A stretch of 64,000 nucleotides of DNA from Glaucostegus cemiculus (lineage: Eukaryota): NCBI GenBank assembly GCA_976551045.1, contig CDPCPM010000033.1, positions 27,466,001-27,530,000 of the forward strand, given 5' to 3'. Numbering within the stretch: the stretch's first letter is position 1; the number at the start of each line of letters is the position of its first letter. This document shows, one piece after another, positions 62,970 to 64,000 of the stretch. Position numbers and translations under genes: made by a program. A model generated the notes under the pieces. That model made no database searches, had not been told where the DNA came from, and worked only from the letters and a program-made list of their open reading frames with translations.

Positions 62970-63252
62970 TTCTTCAATTTTGCTCTAAAGTCTGTTTCAA
63001 CAATGATTTCTTTTTTCTCCTCAATTTCTAAGTTGGCACTGCTTTCAATTTCACCAAATTTATTAGATGCAACACATCTGTAATGTCCAGTGTCAGTTTT
63101 TACAACATCTTTGATTTCTAGTTTAGCTTCTTGTCCCTTTTGTTGTATAATAATTCGGCCACCATGGTTCATTTGCCTCCATTTGCCTTTCATCCATTTG
63201 ACATTTGGAATTGGATCACCACCAACCTTTGCAATAAATGTTGCTATATCCT
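62970..63252 (-). CDS. ttn: Titin exon: Ig I80 of N2A (DIATFIAKVGGDPIPNVKW...DFRAKLK)
   Basis: 283 nt, ttcag acceptor, GTAAG donor; overlaps ORF 62966..63193; matches vertebrate I80. Confidence 0.97.
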
Positions 63253-63344
63253 CTGAAATGTAAAATGGCTTCTTTAAATATTACATCTTACAGAAATATT
63301 TCATTTTAGCAAACATACTCAGAAAAAAAATCAACTGCACTTAC

Positions 63345-63434
63345 TTTCTATTACTTTCAAGTTCTTTGGTTTCTCAATGAAGAAGACCTTGTCAGATTGT
63401 GGTGGAGAAACCACTTTCTTTGCTGCTGCTTTTT
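63345..63434 (-). CDS. ttn: Titin exon: linker and start of Ig I80 (KAAAKKVVSPPQSDKVFFIEKPKNLKVIE)
   Basis: 90 nt, tttag acceptor, GTAAG donor, joins the next exon in frame. Confidence 0.9.
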
Positions 63435-64000
63435 CTAAATCAGAACAAATTAAAAGAAATTAATAGGTTTAATTCTAGTAACTGCACAATTTCTCAAAAG
63501 AATGTGTGCTCTGTACGTAAAAATATAGTAATTATTTTTTTATCTAAACAAAAACAACAAAGGTTTTCAGGGCACATTTATGCCATCACTTTGACCTTGT
63601 CACAAAATAATCTGACCTGCATCTAGAGAGGAAGAGCAAGAGTCCATTCTCTAGAGAGTCTCCTTCTTAGAGTTGTGGTCAGGTCAATTCCTCAGTTTAA
63701 ATATAGGTTGTATGAAATTTTGTGTGACACCAACATTACAAAAATTAACATTTGCATATGGAACCTTATCTAATCACTTATGGCTCAATTCATTTCTTTC
63801 TTAGTTTAAATACTGAACTTCAATTCAATAGTAGGGGTGGGGTAATATTTGTAAGGTATTTGGTGAATAAATTTGAGATAGTCTTATGAGTTCCTTTAAT
63901 GTGCAAGTTGTGAGGAATTTGACTTTGTATTTCATCTCATTTCTCTTCAGTTAATGGTCTGCCTTAACTACTTTCACAGCTTGTCGTTCCTATTTTTCCC

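Larger units (their letters stand above)
1998..63434 (-). other. ttn: Titin gene, internal portion (N2A element and N-terminal part of PEVK); continues beyond both window ends
   Basis: Consecutive GT-AG exons join in frame to give recognisable titin N2A sequence (FIAKVGGDPIPNVKW, NVDPKEYEKYARMYGITDFRGLLQA, FECEVSFDDAIVTW), followed by PEVK/PPAK cassette exons. Confidence 0.98.

Noticed and set aside
63960-64000. Possible end of the upstream Ig exon (GKIGTTSCES)
   Set aside because: Stop follows, no convincing donor, truncated by the window edge

Overview
Vertebrate genomic DNA, most likely a cartilaginous fish (repeat content: V-SINE, CR1 and Rex1/Babar LINEs, Harbinger relics; a ray is plausible but this is inference). 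The window lies entirely inside the titin gene (ttn) on the minus strand. From 63434 downward, exons encode the N2A element (Ig I80, UN2A, I81, I82, I83), three very short linker exons, and 36 PEVK modules of 63-97 nt that are almost all phase 1-1. Notable structure: (i) a tandem array at 1-16.6 kb whose repeat unit is one 69-nt PEVK exon plus a decayed PIF/Harbinger transposon, with the exon nearly invariant and the transposon relic diverged and variably deleted; (ii) an older 75-nt exon family at 37.8-51.3 kb, also interleaved with Harbinger relics; (iii) four exons that lost their AG acceptor but have an in-frame backup CAG 6 nt inside; (iv) three apparently dead exons. Exon boundaries were read by hand from GT/AG signals and reading phase; no transcript data or database searches were available.
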